This document shows positions 1 through 10,599 of a stretch of 64,000 bases of DNA, in pieces. The stretch comes from Mobula hypostoma. Taxonomy: Eukaryota. The position numbers and the translations under genes are program-made. The DNA is taken from contig NC_086097.1 of assembly GCF_963921235.1 (NCBI RefSeq), forward strand, positions 119,538,001 through 119,602,000. Direction: 5' to 3'. Under the pieces are notes generated by a model. The model saw nothing but the letters and a program-made list of their open reading frames with translations. It had not been told where the DNA came from and made no database searches. Within the stretch, counting starts at the first letter, position 1; the number at the start of each line of letters is the position of its first letter.

Positions 1-163
1 TCCTTTCTATTGCGTTAATCTCTTTTTTAACCAGCAACGCCACCCCACCTCCCCTTCCTTCATGTCTATCCCTCCTGAATATTGAATATCCCTGAACGTT
101 GAGCTCCCATCCCTGGTCACCCTGGAGCCATGTCTCTGTGATCCCAACTATATCATAATCATT
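1..163 (-). mobile_element. CR1 LINE ORF2 endonuclease fragment (5'-truncated end of a copy running off the window)
   Basis: Near-identical to about 46725-46890 of the CR1 copy at 44064-47446 (ITETWLQGD...GGVALLVK region). Confidence 0.85.
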
Positions 164-380
164 TTATAGCTCTTTGTTCTCTTCAGTAACCAACTCAAAT
201 CACTTCAGGCAGACACCAACCCCAACATTCACAAACCTGCATGTTATATCCAAACAAAGAACATCTCACAAATAACGTCTTATTTGGAAATGATCTCTAG
301 TCCCACAGATTACCTGAAGCATCATTGTGTATATTTCAAAATGCAGAAAGCAAAGCAACTTCATCTCACAAAATGGAGGA

Positions 381-616
381 CATAAAACATAGAAACATAG
401 AAACATAGAAAATAGGTGCAGGAGTAGGCCATTCGGCCCTTCGAGCCTGCACCGCTATTTATTTTGATCATGGCTGATTCTCCAACTCAGAACCCCGCCC
501 CAGCCTTCCCTCCATACCCCCTGACCCCTGTAGCCACAAGGGCCATATCTAACTCCCTCTTAAATATAGTCAATGAACTGGCCTCAACTGTTTCCTGTGG
601 CAGAGAATTCCACAGA
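381..616 (-). mobile_element. CR1 LINE 3' end
   Basis: (ATAGAAAC)n tail and a body matching 44064-44283; encodes LWNSLPQETVEASSL...GYGGKAG. Confidence 0.9.
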
Positions 617-1114
617 ATGGCAGCCTCCATCTCCAAGCACATGGCAGGAACAAAGACAATTGATCTGTCTGCTTTCACTGTCCTTGATCGACTCGAGTTC
701 AACATTTTCTTCGATATTTTAAATCCACCTTGGCCAGCAAGATATTTTGTTCTTGCTTGCTGGAAAATGCAGACTGTGACAGGAATGTACAATGACAAAA
801 CTTTGCTAAAAGGCCAATATGTAGCTGCGTCAGATTGAAAACTTGCAAATCTATATGCTAACTAATAGTGATTTTATGAAAAATTCACAGGATGCAAAGT
901 ATAAATAACTGCACAGGTTTATGAGGGAAAAGGGCAAATCAATGATTTTGAAATCATAGATCTACACAAAACAAATACCATTGAATCATGGATGTTGATC
1001 CTCTTCCAGATAGGATTTCTCCAGTTTTAAATCTTTGACTTTATTCAAAGTTAAGGTTTAAGGATGTTCAATCAACGAGGATGTCAAATGTTATGGCAAT
1101 AAGCCCAAGAACAA

Positions 1115-1630
1115 GAACAAGCCCAGTCCATCACAGGAAAAGCCTCCTCTATATGGAGCACATCTACAACAAGCATTGTCCCAAGAAACCATCATCCATC
1201 ATTAAGGACACTCACCATCCAGCCCATGCTCTATTTTCACTGCTGCCATCAGGAGAAGGTACAGGAGTGTCAGTTCCCACAACACCAGATGTCGGAACAG
1301 TTATTACCCTTCAACTATAAGGCTCCTGAACCAGCATGGATAATTTCATTCACGTCATCATTGAACTGACTCCACAGCCTACAGATTCACTTGCAATTAC
1401 TCATATTCTCAGTATTATGTATTTACTGATTTGTTATTATTCTTATTATTATTAGATTGTTTGTATTTGCAGTTTGTCTTCTTTTGCACATTGGTCAGTC
1501 TTTCTTTGTGTGTAGTTTTTCATTGACTTTATTATATTTCTTTGTTCTACTGTGAATACCACAAGAAAATGAATCTCAAGGTAGTATATGGTGGCATATA
1601 CATACATTGATTAAAAATTGCTTTGGACTA
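1115..1630 (+). mobile_element. Rex1/Babar-type LINE 3' remnant
   Basis: IIKDTHHPAHALFSLLPSG C-terminal motif followed by a T-rich 3' UTR. Confidence 0.7.
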
Positions 1631-1984
1631 ATGTTTGTCATGGCATTTACAGGATGTAGGGTATAAAGAACTGCACAGGTTTTTGAGAGAAGAGCTCAGA
1701 GTAATGATGGGAAATTGTAGTTCTGCAAAAAGAAAGTAGTAATGGAAGATGCATGAACGTTGAGCCGCTTCTGGATAGGAATTCTCCTAAACTTTGAATC
1801 TTCGACTTTATTCAGAATTAAGATGGATGGATGTTCAATCAGAGAGGATATCAAGAGTTATGTGAACAAGATATGAATGTAGATTTGAGGAAGGTGTCAT
1901 TAGTCATTATTTTATTGATTGGTAGAACAGATTCAAGAGGCCAAGTTGCCTGTTCTGGTTTTCATTTTGCATTTTTATTGACAG

Positions 1985-2055
1985 GAGAACTGTTTGAAAG
2001 ATCTGTACAGCTTGAACCATTAGCAGGCCATGGGTCAGCAAAACACATCCATAAA
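1985..2055 (+). other. Candidate internal coding exon (ELFERSVQLEPLAGHGSAKHIHK), protein not recognised
   Basis: Polypyrimidine acceptor ttttcattttgcatttttattgacag, donor AAA|gtaatt, open frame, non-repetitive-looking sequence. Confidence 0.3.
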
Positions 2056-2719
2056 GTAATTGTTTTGTCTCCTGATAGTCTACAACCTTACAAAATAACA
2101 TACCAGCATTGAATCTGAGTTATGGATTCAACTTCATTTGTTTACCACATGTACATCAAAACGTACAGATAATTACCATATAGTTGCAGTATGTTAACAA
2201 GCAACACAGCCTAAGGATGTGCTGGAGGCATCGTTCCAGTTCTAACATAGCATGCCCACCATGTTCACAGAACAACATAAGCAACAACAACAATCCCTGT
2301 TGTTCCCTCCCACACACAAACACAGACCTGCCTCTGACCCAAGGACACGCAGTCCTCAGCCTTCTGCTTCTAATGGACTTGTGAACTTGCAGACGTTGGG
2401 CCTTCAACTTCCCTGATGGACTTGCAGGCACACAGCCCAAAAGGGCTTTTGTTATGTTTTGTAAATTCAAATCATTAAACTAATTCAAAATAAGTCATTA
2501 CATCTGGGAATACGAGTGTAATTGGAGTTTACTTTTAGCAAGGCGCGGATGTATCCTGTGGTAGCTCGAGCCTGCTATAGAGTTCATAGAATTTCACAAC
2601 ACAGAAACTGGCCTTCTGGCTGACTGAGACTATGCCAATCATCGTGCCTATCAGTATAAATCCCACTTACCCGCATTAATTCCATATTGTTCAATTCCTT
2701 GCTCAGTCAGAAGATGGTA

Positions 2720-3780
2720 GATTGGTGAATTGGTTTATAATTGTCACATGTACCAAGGTATAGTGAAAATCTTTGTTTAGCATGCAATCTATACAAATTA
2801 TTTCACATCGTCACATCAGCAGATTCAGATTTATTTATCACATGTACATCGAAACAAACAATGAAATGAGTCGCTCTCATTAATAAACAATACATCGAAG
2901 GATGTGCTGGGGGCAGCCCGCAGGTGTTGCCACTCATTCTGGCACTAACGTAGCAAGCCCGCCACGCTCAGCACAACAACGCAGAAAACAACAACTACAG
3001 AACACACCAAGTGACAAAGCACCAACAACAAAAAGGTCTGTTCCTCCCTCCCCCCCTGACCCACCCACTCACTCACAAGCACAGTACACTGAGGTACTGC
3101 AAGGGAAAGGTAATTACAGAATGCAGAATAAAGTGATACAGCTACAGAGAAAGAGCAGTGTAGGCAGACAACAATAGGCAAGGCCATGATGAGTTAGATT
3201 GTGAGGTCAAGAGTACATCTTATCATACTAGGTGATGAGTCAAAAGTATAATAGAGCACTGGTCCCCAAACTCCGGGGCACGGACCGGTACCGGGCCGCA
3301 AAGAATGCAGTGGGGCCGCGGTCGCCGGAATGCACCCAGCACTTCTTTAAGAAAAAAGCCGAAATAAACAAGATAATTAATTAGGTGCCGCCTGGCACGT
3401 AAATGTCGACCCAGATCAGAGGCGATTGCTGATTGCGTCGGCTTTTTTCTTAAAGATGTGCTGGGTGCGTCCTGGCCACCACTGCACCCTTACATGCTTT
3501 GTGGCCCAGTATTGGACTGTGGCCCAGAGGTTTGGGACCACTGTAATAGAGGATAGAAGTTGTCATTGAGCCTGATAGTCCATGCTTTTAGGCCTTTGTA
3601 TCTTCTTCCCAGTGGGAGGGGAGAGAAGGGAGAATGTCAGGAGTGGACGGGTCTAGATATGTCGGCTACCTTACCAGCGCAATGAGAAGTGTAGACAGAA
3701 TCCATAGAGAGGAGGATGGTTTCTGTAATGAGTTGAGTTGTGACATCAACTGTGCAGTTTCTTATGGTCTCAGGCTCCTT
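2720..3780 (-). mobile_element. Degenerate Rex1-like 3' remnants interrupted by a MITE
   Basis: Antisense 3'-UTR-like and LLPSG-region sequence resembling other Rex1 relics in the window. Confidence 0.45.
3257..3543. mobile_element. hAT-type MITE (287 bp, largely palindromic)
   Basis: 8-bp TSD TAATAGAG (3249-3256 and 3544-3551); TIR CACTGGTCCCCAAAC / GGTTTGGGACCACTG; long internal inverted repeat. Confidence 0.9.
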
Positions 3781-3795
3781 AATATACATGTATAT

Positions 3796-5055
3796 GTCAG
3801 GCCACACTTAGATCCCCTCCAGTTCGCCTACCAGCCCCGACTAGGAGTTGAGGATGCCATGGTCTACCTGCTGAACCGTGTCTACGCCCACCTGGACAAG
3901 CCAGCAAGCACTGTGAGGGTCATGTTTTTTGACTTCTCCAGTGCGTTCAACACCATCCGCCCTGCTCTGCTGGGGGAGAAGCTGACAGCGATGCAGATGG
4001 ATGCTTCCCTGGTATCATGGATTCTTGATTACCTGACTGGCAGACCACAGTACGTGTGCTTGCAACACTGTGTGTCCGACAGAGTGATCAGCAGCACTGG
4101 AGCTCCACAGGGGACTGTCTTGTCTCCCTTTCTCTTCACCATTTACACCTCGGACTTCAACTACTGCACAGAGTCTTGTCATCTTCAGAAGTTTTCTGAT
4201 GACTCTGCCATAGTTGGATGCATCAGCAAGGGAGATGAGGCTGAGTACAGGCTACGGTAGGAAACTTTGTCACATGGTGTGAGCAGAATTATCTGCAGCT
4301 TAATGTGAAAAAGACTAAGGAGCTGGTGGTAGACCTGAGGAGAGCTAAGGTACCGGTGACCCCTGTTTCCATCCAGGGAGTCAGTGTGGACATGGTGGAG
4401 GATTACAAATACCTGGGGATACGAATTGACAATAAACTGGACTGGTCAAAGAACACTGAGGCTGTCTACAAGAAGGGTCAGAGCCGTCTCTATTTCCTGA
4501 GGAGACTGAGGTCCTTTAACATCTGCCGGACAATGCTGAGGATGTTCTACGAGTCTGTGGTGACCAGTGCTATCATGTTTGCTGTTGTGTGCTGGGGCAG
4601 AAGGCTGAGGGTAGCAGACACCAACAAAATCAACAAACTCATTCGTAAGGCCAGTGATGTCGTGGGAATGGAACTGGACTCTCTCACGGTGGTGTCTGAA
4701 AAGAGGATGCTGTCCAAGTTGCATGCCATCTTGGTCAATGTCTCCCATCCACTACATAATGTACTGGGTGGGCACAGGAGTACATTCAGCCAGAGACTCA
4801 TTCCACCGAGATGCAACACAGAGCGTCATAGGAAGTCATTCCTGCCTGTGGCCATCAAACTTTACAACTCCTCCCTTGGAGGGTCAGACACCTTGAGCCA
4901 ATAGGCTGATCCTGGACTTATTTCCTGGCATAATTTACATATTACTATTTAACTATTTATGGTTTTATTGCTATTTATTATTTATGGTGCAACTGTAATG
5001 AAAACCAATTTTCCCCCGGGATCAATAGAGTATGACTATGACTATGAATATGACT
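3796..5055 (+). mobile_element. Young 5'-truncated Rex1/Babar LINE (RT and C-terminus, one frameshift near 4250)
   Basis: LDPLQFAY, FFDFSSAFNTI, GAPQGTVLSPFLF, KFSDD, YKYLG motifs; (GACTAT)n tail. Confidence 0.92.
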
Positions 5056-5262
5056 AGAAGTATAGACCTCAGCAGCAGACTAAGTTATTCATGAGCTAGG
5101 TGACTTCTTGAGGGAGCTGAGAAGAGTGATGATTTGGTTGTAGCTCCTGTTGAATCAGCAGTAGAAGTTGCAGAAACCTAAGAAACGCTGTTCCTGTTTG
5201 AGGGAGTGTGGCTGAGCCCATTTAATGACGACGTGCACTTTCTCTAGATCCATGGTTATGCC

Positions 5263-5822
5263 TGTTGTAGCGTGGATGAAATTACCGGAAAGACAGAGTC
5301 ACTGGTAGATACAATGCAGCTCTTTTATTCGACACAACAAGGTACAGCAGGCATCATTTGGACGGAGACACTTTCGGTAGAAAGTTCTGCTGGCCCGATG
5401 TGGGCTCGATATTTATATGCTAAACACAAAGGCAATCGCTACTTAAAAAGTTATAGGCAATGCTTCCTTTTGAAGCTATATACAAACATCACACCTTCCA
5501 AATTCATCCTTTCCTTCCAACGCAAACATTTCTGGGTTGGTATCCACAGCCTTTAGGAATGCAAGTTAAATCCACAATACATTTATTTGGCATTTTGTGT
5601 GCTAAGATAGAAGACAATTAATAATTATAAAATATAGATAATACTGTCTTCAAAACTACAGCATCTGGTTAAACTACGGCGCCAGAAGCATCTGGTAGTC
5701 ACACCTTTTTAGGAAGCGCATTGTTGTGGACTCAATCCACAGTACTTTGTCAAATAGAAGTCCGGTGGCCAAAGTCATTTAAATGTAAACAAATCATCTA
5801 CCCAAAATAACTCACTTTAACA
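5263..5822 (-). mobile_element. Solo LTR nested in the gypsy RT
   Basis: TGTT...AACA termini; 5-bp TSD ATGCC (5258-5262 and 5823-5827); AATAAA on the minus strand near 5325. Confidence 0.85.
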
Positions 5823-7740
5823 ATGCCTTGGAGTGAAAGAACATAATCCATGAAGGAAATAACTGGGGGTATGGAACTAGCATTTTTATAACTCCCAGTA
5901 CAGCTGTTTTTTGAGGAGAGGTTGAAAGACTGAATGGATGTGACTGTAGTGTACTTGAGGGTCCTTGGAGAGGATGAGGATGTCATTGAGGTAGATGAAC
6001 ACATACCTGTGTAGCATGTCTCAGAGGAGCTTGATGATGAAGGCTTGGAAAATAGTTGGACTGGTTGGAAAGTCCAAAAGGCATTGCCAGATTCTTGTAG
6101 TGACCAGTGGAGTTATAAATGCTGTCTTCCAGTTGTTCCCCTGGCAGATGCGGATCAGGTTGTATGTGCCCATAGATCCAGTATGGTGAAGATCTGGGTC
6201 CCACAGAGTGTTTAGAATGTGATACCCATCAAAGGGAGAGGGTAGTGGTTCTTAATAGTGATTTTGTTGTGCCTGCGGTAGTCAATACAGGGACAAAGAC
6301 TCCATTTTTTTTTTGACAAAAAAGAATCCTGTACCAGCTGGGAACTAGGATGGTTGAATGAAGGCAAGTGATGTAGTCATTCATGGCTTGGGTCTCAGGA
6401 GGAGAAAAGAAGAACAGACAACCTGGAGAAAAATGGTGCTCAGGAGGTGGATCACAGTGTCCTGTGGTCTGTAAGGTGGCAGGATGATGACTACCTTTTT
6501 ACTGAGGGAAAGGGATAAGCTGTGATATTCTTGTGGGAATTTGGTGAGGTTGAGAGTTCCCTCCGTCTCCACAGATTTAGGGCATAAGGTCAGCAGAGAT
6601 ATTAGGCAGGTGGTCCAGAAAGTTGGTCCTCAACTCAGCAATGAACCAGATGACCATGCAGACTGAGGGACGTGAGTGCAGAGCCAGGCTAGCCCAACAT
6701 GGGAGGAGTGCTGAATGACTTGATAAGGAGGAATTGGGTGGACTCGCAGTGCTCTCTGAGGCTCATGTGCATGGGCCGTGTGCAAACTCCGACCATCCCA
6801 GACCCCAAGCATGGCATCTGTCAATGTCCATGATGCAGGGCGGGTGAGAAATAGGCTCAGTAAGGAGCTCAGACTGCACACGCATTATCTAGCCCAGACA
6901 CAGAGGGCATTTGATGAGTGGGTGACCAGCTGCTTTGCAGTATGAACACAAGTTATTTTTCCACTGACGCTCATGCTCTTGGGGGTTAAGGAGGATCTTC
7001 CTGACAGCACGGGTTCTGGAGGTGTTGGTAATGAGGGTCCTGCAACCTGAGATGGTCTGAGAAAGGAACTGGGGTTCTGGCTGAAGGTCTGAGGGTCATT
7101 CCATAAGACGCTTGTTAATTCGAAAGGCCAGAGTGATAAGGCTTTCGAGTTTGAGGGCACCTCCTGGGTAGACTGCTCATCTTTCAAGCACTCTGAGAGG
7201 CAACGATGGTAATAGGCCAGCAGTGCTTCTGCATTTCAGTCACACTCCACCAGGGTCCCGAATTCCATGGTGTAATCCAGCACCGAGCATGAGCCTTGAC
7301 ACGAGCAAAGTATCAGATCCTCTACTCCTCTTCCATTTTCGAAATGATCAAAAACCCAGTGCCTCTCAACAGAGAATCCCTCATTTTTATTGCAAATGGT
7401 GGTTTTATTGTCCCAGTTAGCAGTGGCCCAGGTTAGGTCTTACTCAGTCAAGAGAGAAATGACACTGTCTGTGACATACAGAGATGGCTGGAGCTCGAAG
7501 TGTAAGATGCACTGGGACAGGAAGGTGCGGCATTGAGTTTGGGATCCATCAAATCACCCAGGCACCAAAACCTGGGGCTCTGATGGAGGAGGTTAACTGA
7601 CACAAGGTTGTTATATCAAGGCAGAGTTTGTTGAGAATGTTGAGCAGATGGTCAATGCTTCTGAATCATGTGTTTATGTTGACAGACAACTTCCTTTAGG
7701 AGAGCGAACTCTGCTTGGTCAATCACTGGTTCACCCATCC

Positions 7741-8050
7741 CGTCAAAAATGTAGAGGAGGCTTGACCCAACAGCAGAACAGTAGAGACAACTTAGTGGTG
7801 AGCAATATCTTTAATAACAAGTCATGAGGGGCCTCATAACAAGAGAGTACAGATACTTAACACAACAGGGCAACAAGGTTACTGAAGCCGAGAAGCTGCT
7901 AGTTGAGGATGGCTGGTTCAAAGGATGAACAAAGGCTCTGGATAAGAGTTGGCTTTAAATAGGTTGCAGGTAGTGAGTTGGAAATAAGGGGCAGGTGATT
8001 CCTGTTAACTGGTTGGAGACTTGAAGGAGCCTGACTATGTAGGCCTGACA
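7741..8050 (-). repeat. Probable 5' LTR of the 5075-8050 gypsy element
   Basis: CGTCA...TGACA termini, TATA-like TTTAAATA, located just upstream of the gag-like region. Confidence 0.5.
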
Positions 8051-8218
8051 TCCACATGATTTGTGTATAAATATCTGCTTTACACCATAGGATATATTTC
8101 GATTTGATGTGAATTAGCAATTGATTTGCATCAAGTCCCTAAATACCGTTGCATTTCCTTCAGTCAAAATCTTGTGTAAGAATTCATCCAACTATAATAC
8201 AAGAGATGCCAGGCAGGA

Positions 8219-8625
8219 TTTCTCTGTGGATTGTCACCTTGTCGTGGTGGAGAAGATTGTGTGGTCCTGAGATCCCGAGAGCAATGCCGTCTGGAGCTAT
8301 GCTCCTGGTAGGGTCACCCATGGCGGTAAGGTCGAGGGTGAGGTCCCTGCCAAAGAACAATCCAACCAAGACATCAACGGTGGAACAGGTGGGCGAAGTT
8401 ACTTCAAACTCAACGGCTGTGAAGGCGAATGAAGGCTGCAACAAATCCATCAGCTCCAATCGTCGTGGTTTCCATGCCATTGGAATCAGTTGGCTGATTT
8501 GTGAAGTATCGTGTGCTTCTTGGAGTGCTACATCAAAGTACACATTAAACAAATACACGCACAGGCGTCTTCGCTCTGAACGGAACGAAGACCATCATCT
8601 TCGATCTCGAGGGATAGCCACAATG
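8219..8625 (+). mobile_element. Complete 407-bp non-autonomous RTE-derived retroelement
   Basis: 11-bp TSD GCCAGGCAGGA (8208-8218 and 8626-8636); CACCTTGTCGTGGTGGAG...GGGTCACCCA resembles RTE (BovB/Rex3) 5' UTRs; no tRNA boxes and no RT. Confidence 0.8.
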
Positions 8626-9159
8626 GCCAGGCAGGAATCAATGGGTGAAATGGCTTAATTCAAAGACCTAATCATTCTCTGCTTCAAAGAAATCCATAAC
8701 ACATTTTATCACCTTTTTGTTTGATGGATGAAGGGGTCTGGGGCAGAGAAGAACATAACATGCTGAGAATTCAGATTTGGCACCTTTCACCTTGCTAAAT
8801 GCTGAAAGCAAACTCCTGGTGCCATACATTAACTCCCACAGGTCATCTCCCATTTGTTTCAGTATCTTCTTCTGCTGTCATCTACTGTAAATTAGCAGGT
8901 CAGTGCTGCGCTAATACTGGAAACCAAGCAGGAATTCTTCATGTGCTAGCAGTGTGACGCTGCATTCAGGAAAGCTGGTCCATCCCAAGTACAGTACAAG
9001 CTATGAGATTGAGTGAACTGTGTAGGAAGATAACACTGAAAAATGTAGGGAAACTTGGTGAAATCAATCTGAATTAAATTTGACATGATTGGTTGGTTGC
9101 TCATCATATCTAATGATTATGCCGGAGAGTCTTTCAAGTGGAAAGGCTATTGTACTATG

Positions 9160-9420
9160 ACAGTGTCACTCTTTCAGCCTCGGAAGTCTGGGTCCAGTGG
9201 CATGAGTAGTCATCACAAACTGGCGTCTTCCTTGGTTACAGTGGATAACCAAAAGTTTTTCAGTGCCATGTCAAAGTATTGCAGAACCATTTTCCTGGCT
9301 GTTGAATGTCACTGTTGTTTTCATCAGCCCAGTCTGCCAGAGCTGACTTCATATGCTAGGACAGGCATGTCCCTCTCTCACCAGGGTATGAGGCCCGCCA
9401 GCCTCCCTTGCCTGGTTTAT
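9160..9420 (-). mobile_element. Possible RTE-like 5' UTR fragment
   Basis: Minus strand CCACTGGACCCAGACTTCCGAGG motif resembles RTE 5' regions (recognition from memory only). Confidence 0.35.
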
Positions 9421-9492
9421 TTTAAAGTTCAAAGCCTACTATCTTACAGTGACACTATCCTAGGGCAGTCAACTGTTTTAATTATGAAACAG

Positions 9493-9756
9493 ACTGAAGA
9501 TTTTGATCATCAGTTATGTGCGGTTGCTTCTAGTTATGATCCAGCCTTGACCAGATTCCAATGTAGATTACCATATTCAGATTTGGACAACTCATCAAAG
9601 ATCAGAGAACAGATTGTTGAGAATGATACTACGACTCCAGAGGTTGCTCTGGTCTTCAGGACAAACAGTAGCCCGGGAGATGCAAGCCTTTCAGATCCAA
9701 TGGACCACATGCTGTCTCTCTGGAGAAATCACCATCCTTGTTTTATTTTTAAATAA
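9493..9756 (+). other. Candidate coding exon (TEDFDHQLCAVASSYDP...HHPCFIFK*), protein not recognised
   Basis: AG acceptor at 9491-9492, open to TAA at 9754-9756, phase 0 matching the 1985-2055 candidate. Confidence 0.25.
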
Positions 9757-9805
9757 CTCTTTAGGCAGCAAATATCTGAGCAAGTTTGCATAGCCCTTGC
9801 TATTA

Positions 9806-10555
9806 TTCAAAGATTTAACTATTCAAGGCACATTTATTGTCAAAGAATGTATAAACTATACTCCTTGAGATTTAGCTGCTTACATGCAGCCATGAAGCAA
9901 GAAACACAAATAACTCATTTTTTAAAAGAAAGACCAAGAAACACTGCGCAGAGAAAGAGAAACAAAAACACAAATCATGCAAACAGTATTCTGAGCCATA
10001 CTGAGTCCCCAGATCTGCTCCCACAGCAGCCAGAGTTGGCCCATGTCTTGGTCCCAGTTCACCACAGTAGTGGGGTGAAAATGCACAGCAGCCAGACCAC
10101 TTCACAGCCTCGGCGCCATGGAGAAAGGAATGAACATTCACCGGAGAGCTAGCAAAATCAGCCTGACTGCTACCTCCGCTCCCTACACTCATGCTTCCAG
10201 ACTATCTGTGCTGCCACTTAAATTGTCCAAGCACTAGGTAGCACCTTGCTCTGGGACCCAGTCCCCAGCACCACAATATGCCCGGGTTGCCCAGCCCAGA
10301 GCCATTCTCGATCTCATCAAATTGGCTGGGTGCTTGTAGAGTTCCAACCCTGCACCTGGGTTAGGTGGACGGGCATCAAGACTCTTCTCTGTCGACTGCT
10401 CTCCAAATCACTCACTCCATCTCCGACAGCAATACCAACTCTGTCTGCAAACACCTTGTGCCTAGCAGTGCTCCAGCACGGCGCATCCCCGGAACCAGCC
10501 TCGCCTCCACCTCCCTCCTCACAGTCTGTGGTGAAAGTTCACCACAATTTGCTGC
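9806..10555 (-). mobile_element. Non-coding retroelement with Rex1-like 3' tail
   Basis: Minus-strand AATAAA followed by TTGAA-type tail as in other Rex1 ends; GC-rich non-coding body. Confidence 0.5.
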
Positions 10556-10599
10556 AGAAAAGATGTTATAAGTAATGTCTTTAGTCAAATTTCTTGCCC

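Larger units (their letters stand above)
5075..8050 (-). mobile_element. Degenerate Ty3/gypsy LTR retrotransposon (gag-pro-RT; 3' part missing)
   Basis: Minus strand GHYKNLAMPFGLSN, VFIYLNDI (YxDD relic), QRFLGFCNFY; many stops and frameshifts. Confidence 0.8.

Noticed and set aside
2449..2570. TGTTATG-starting LTR-like stretch
   Set aside because: No matching CA end or TSD could be located.
8149..8658. 169-aa ORF
   Set aside because: Crosses both TSDs of a non-coding retroelement.
8789..8875. Minus-strand frame QKKILKQMGDDLWELMYGTRSLLSAFSK
   Set aside because: Weak splice sites and an in-frame stop just upstream.
9318..9332. CTGATGA on the minus strand as a hammerhead
   Set aside because: No helix II plus GAAA/NUH arrangement follows.
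9085..9492. N-terminal part of the 223-aa ORF
   Set aside because: Runs antisense through a probable repeat fragment; likely open by chance.
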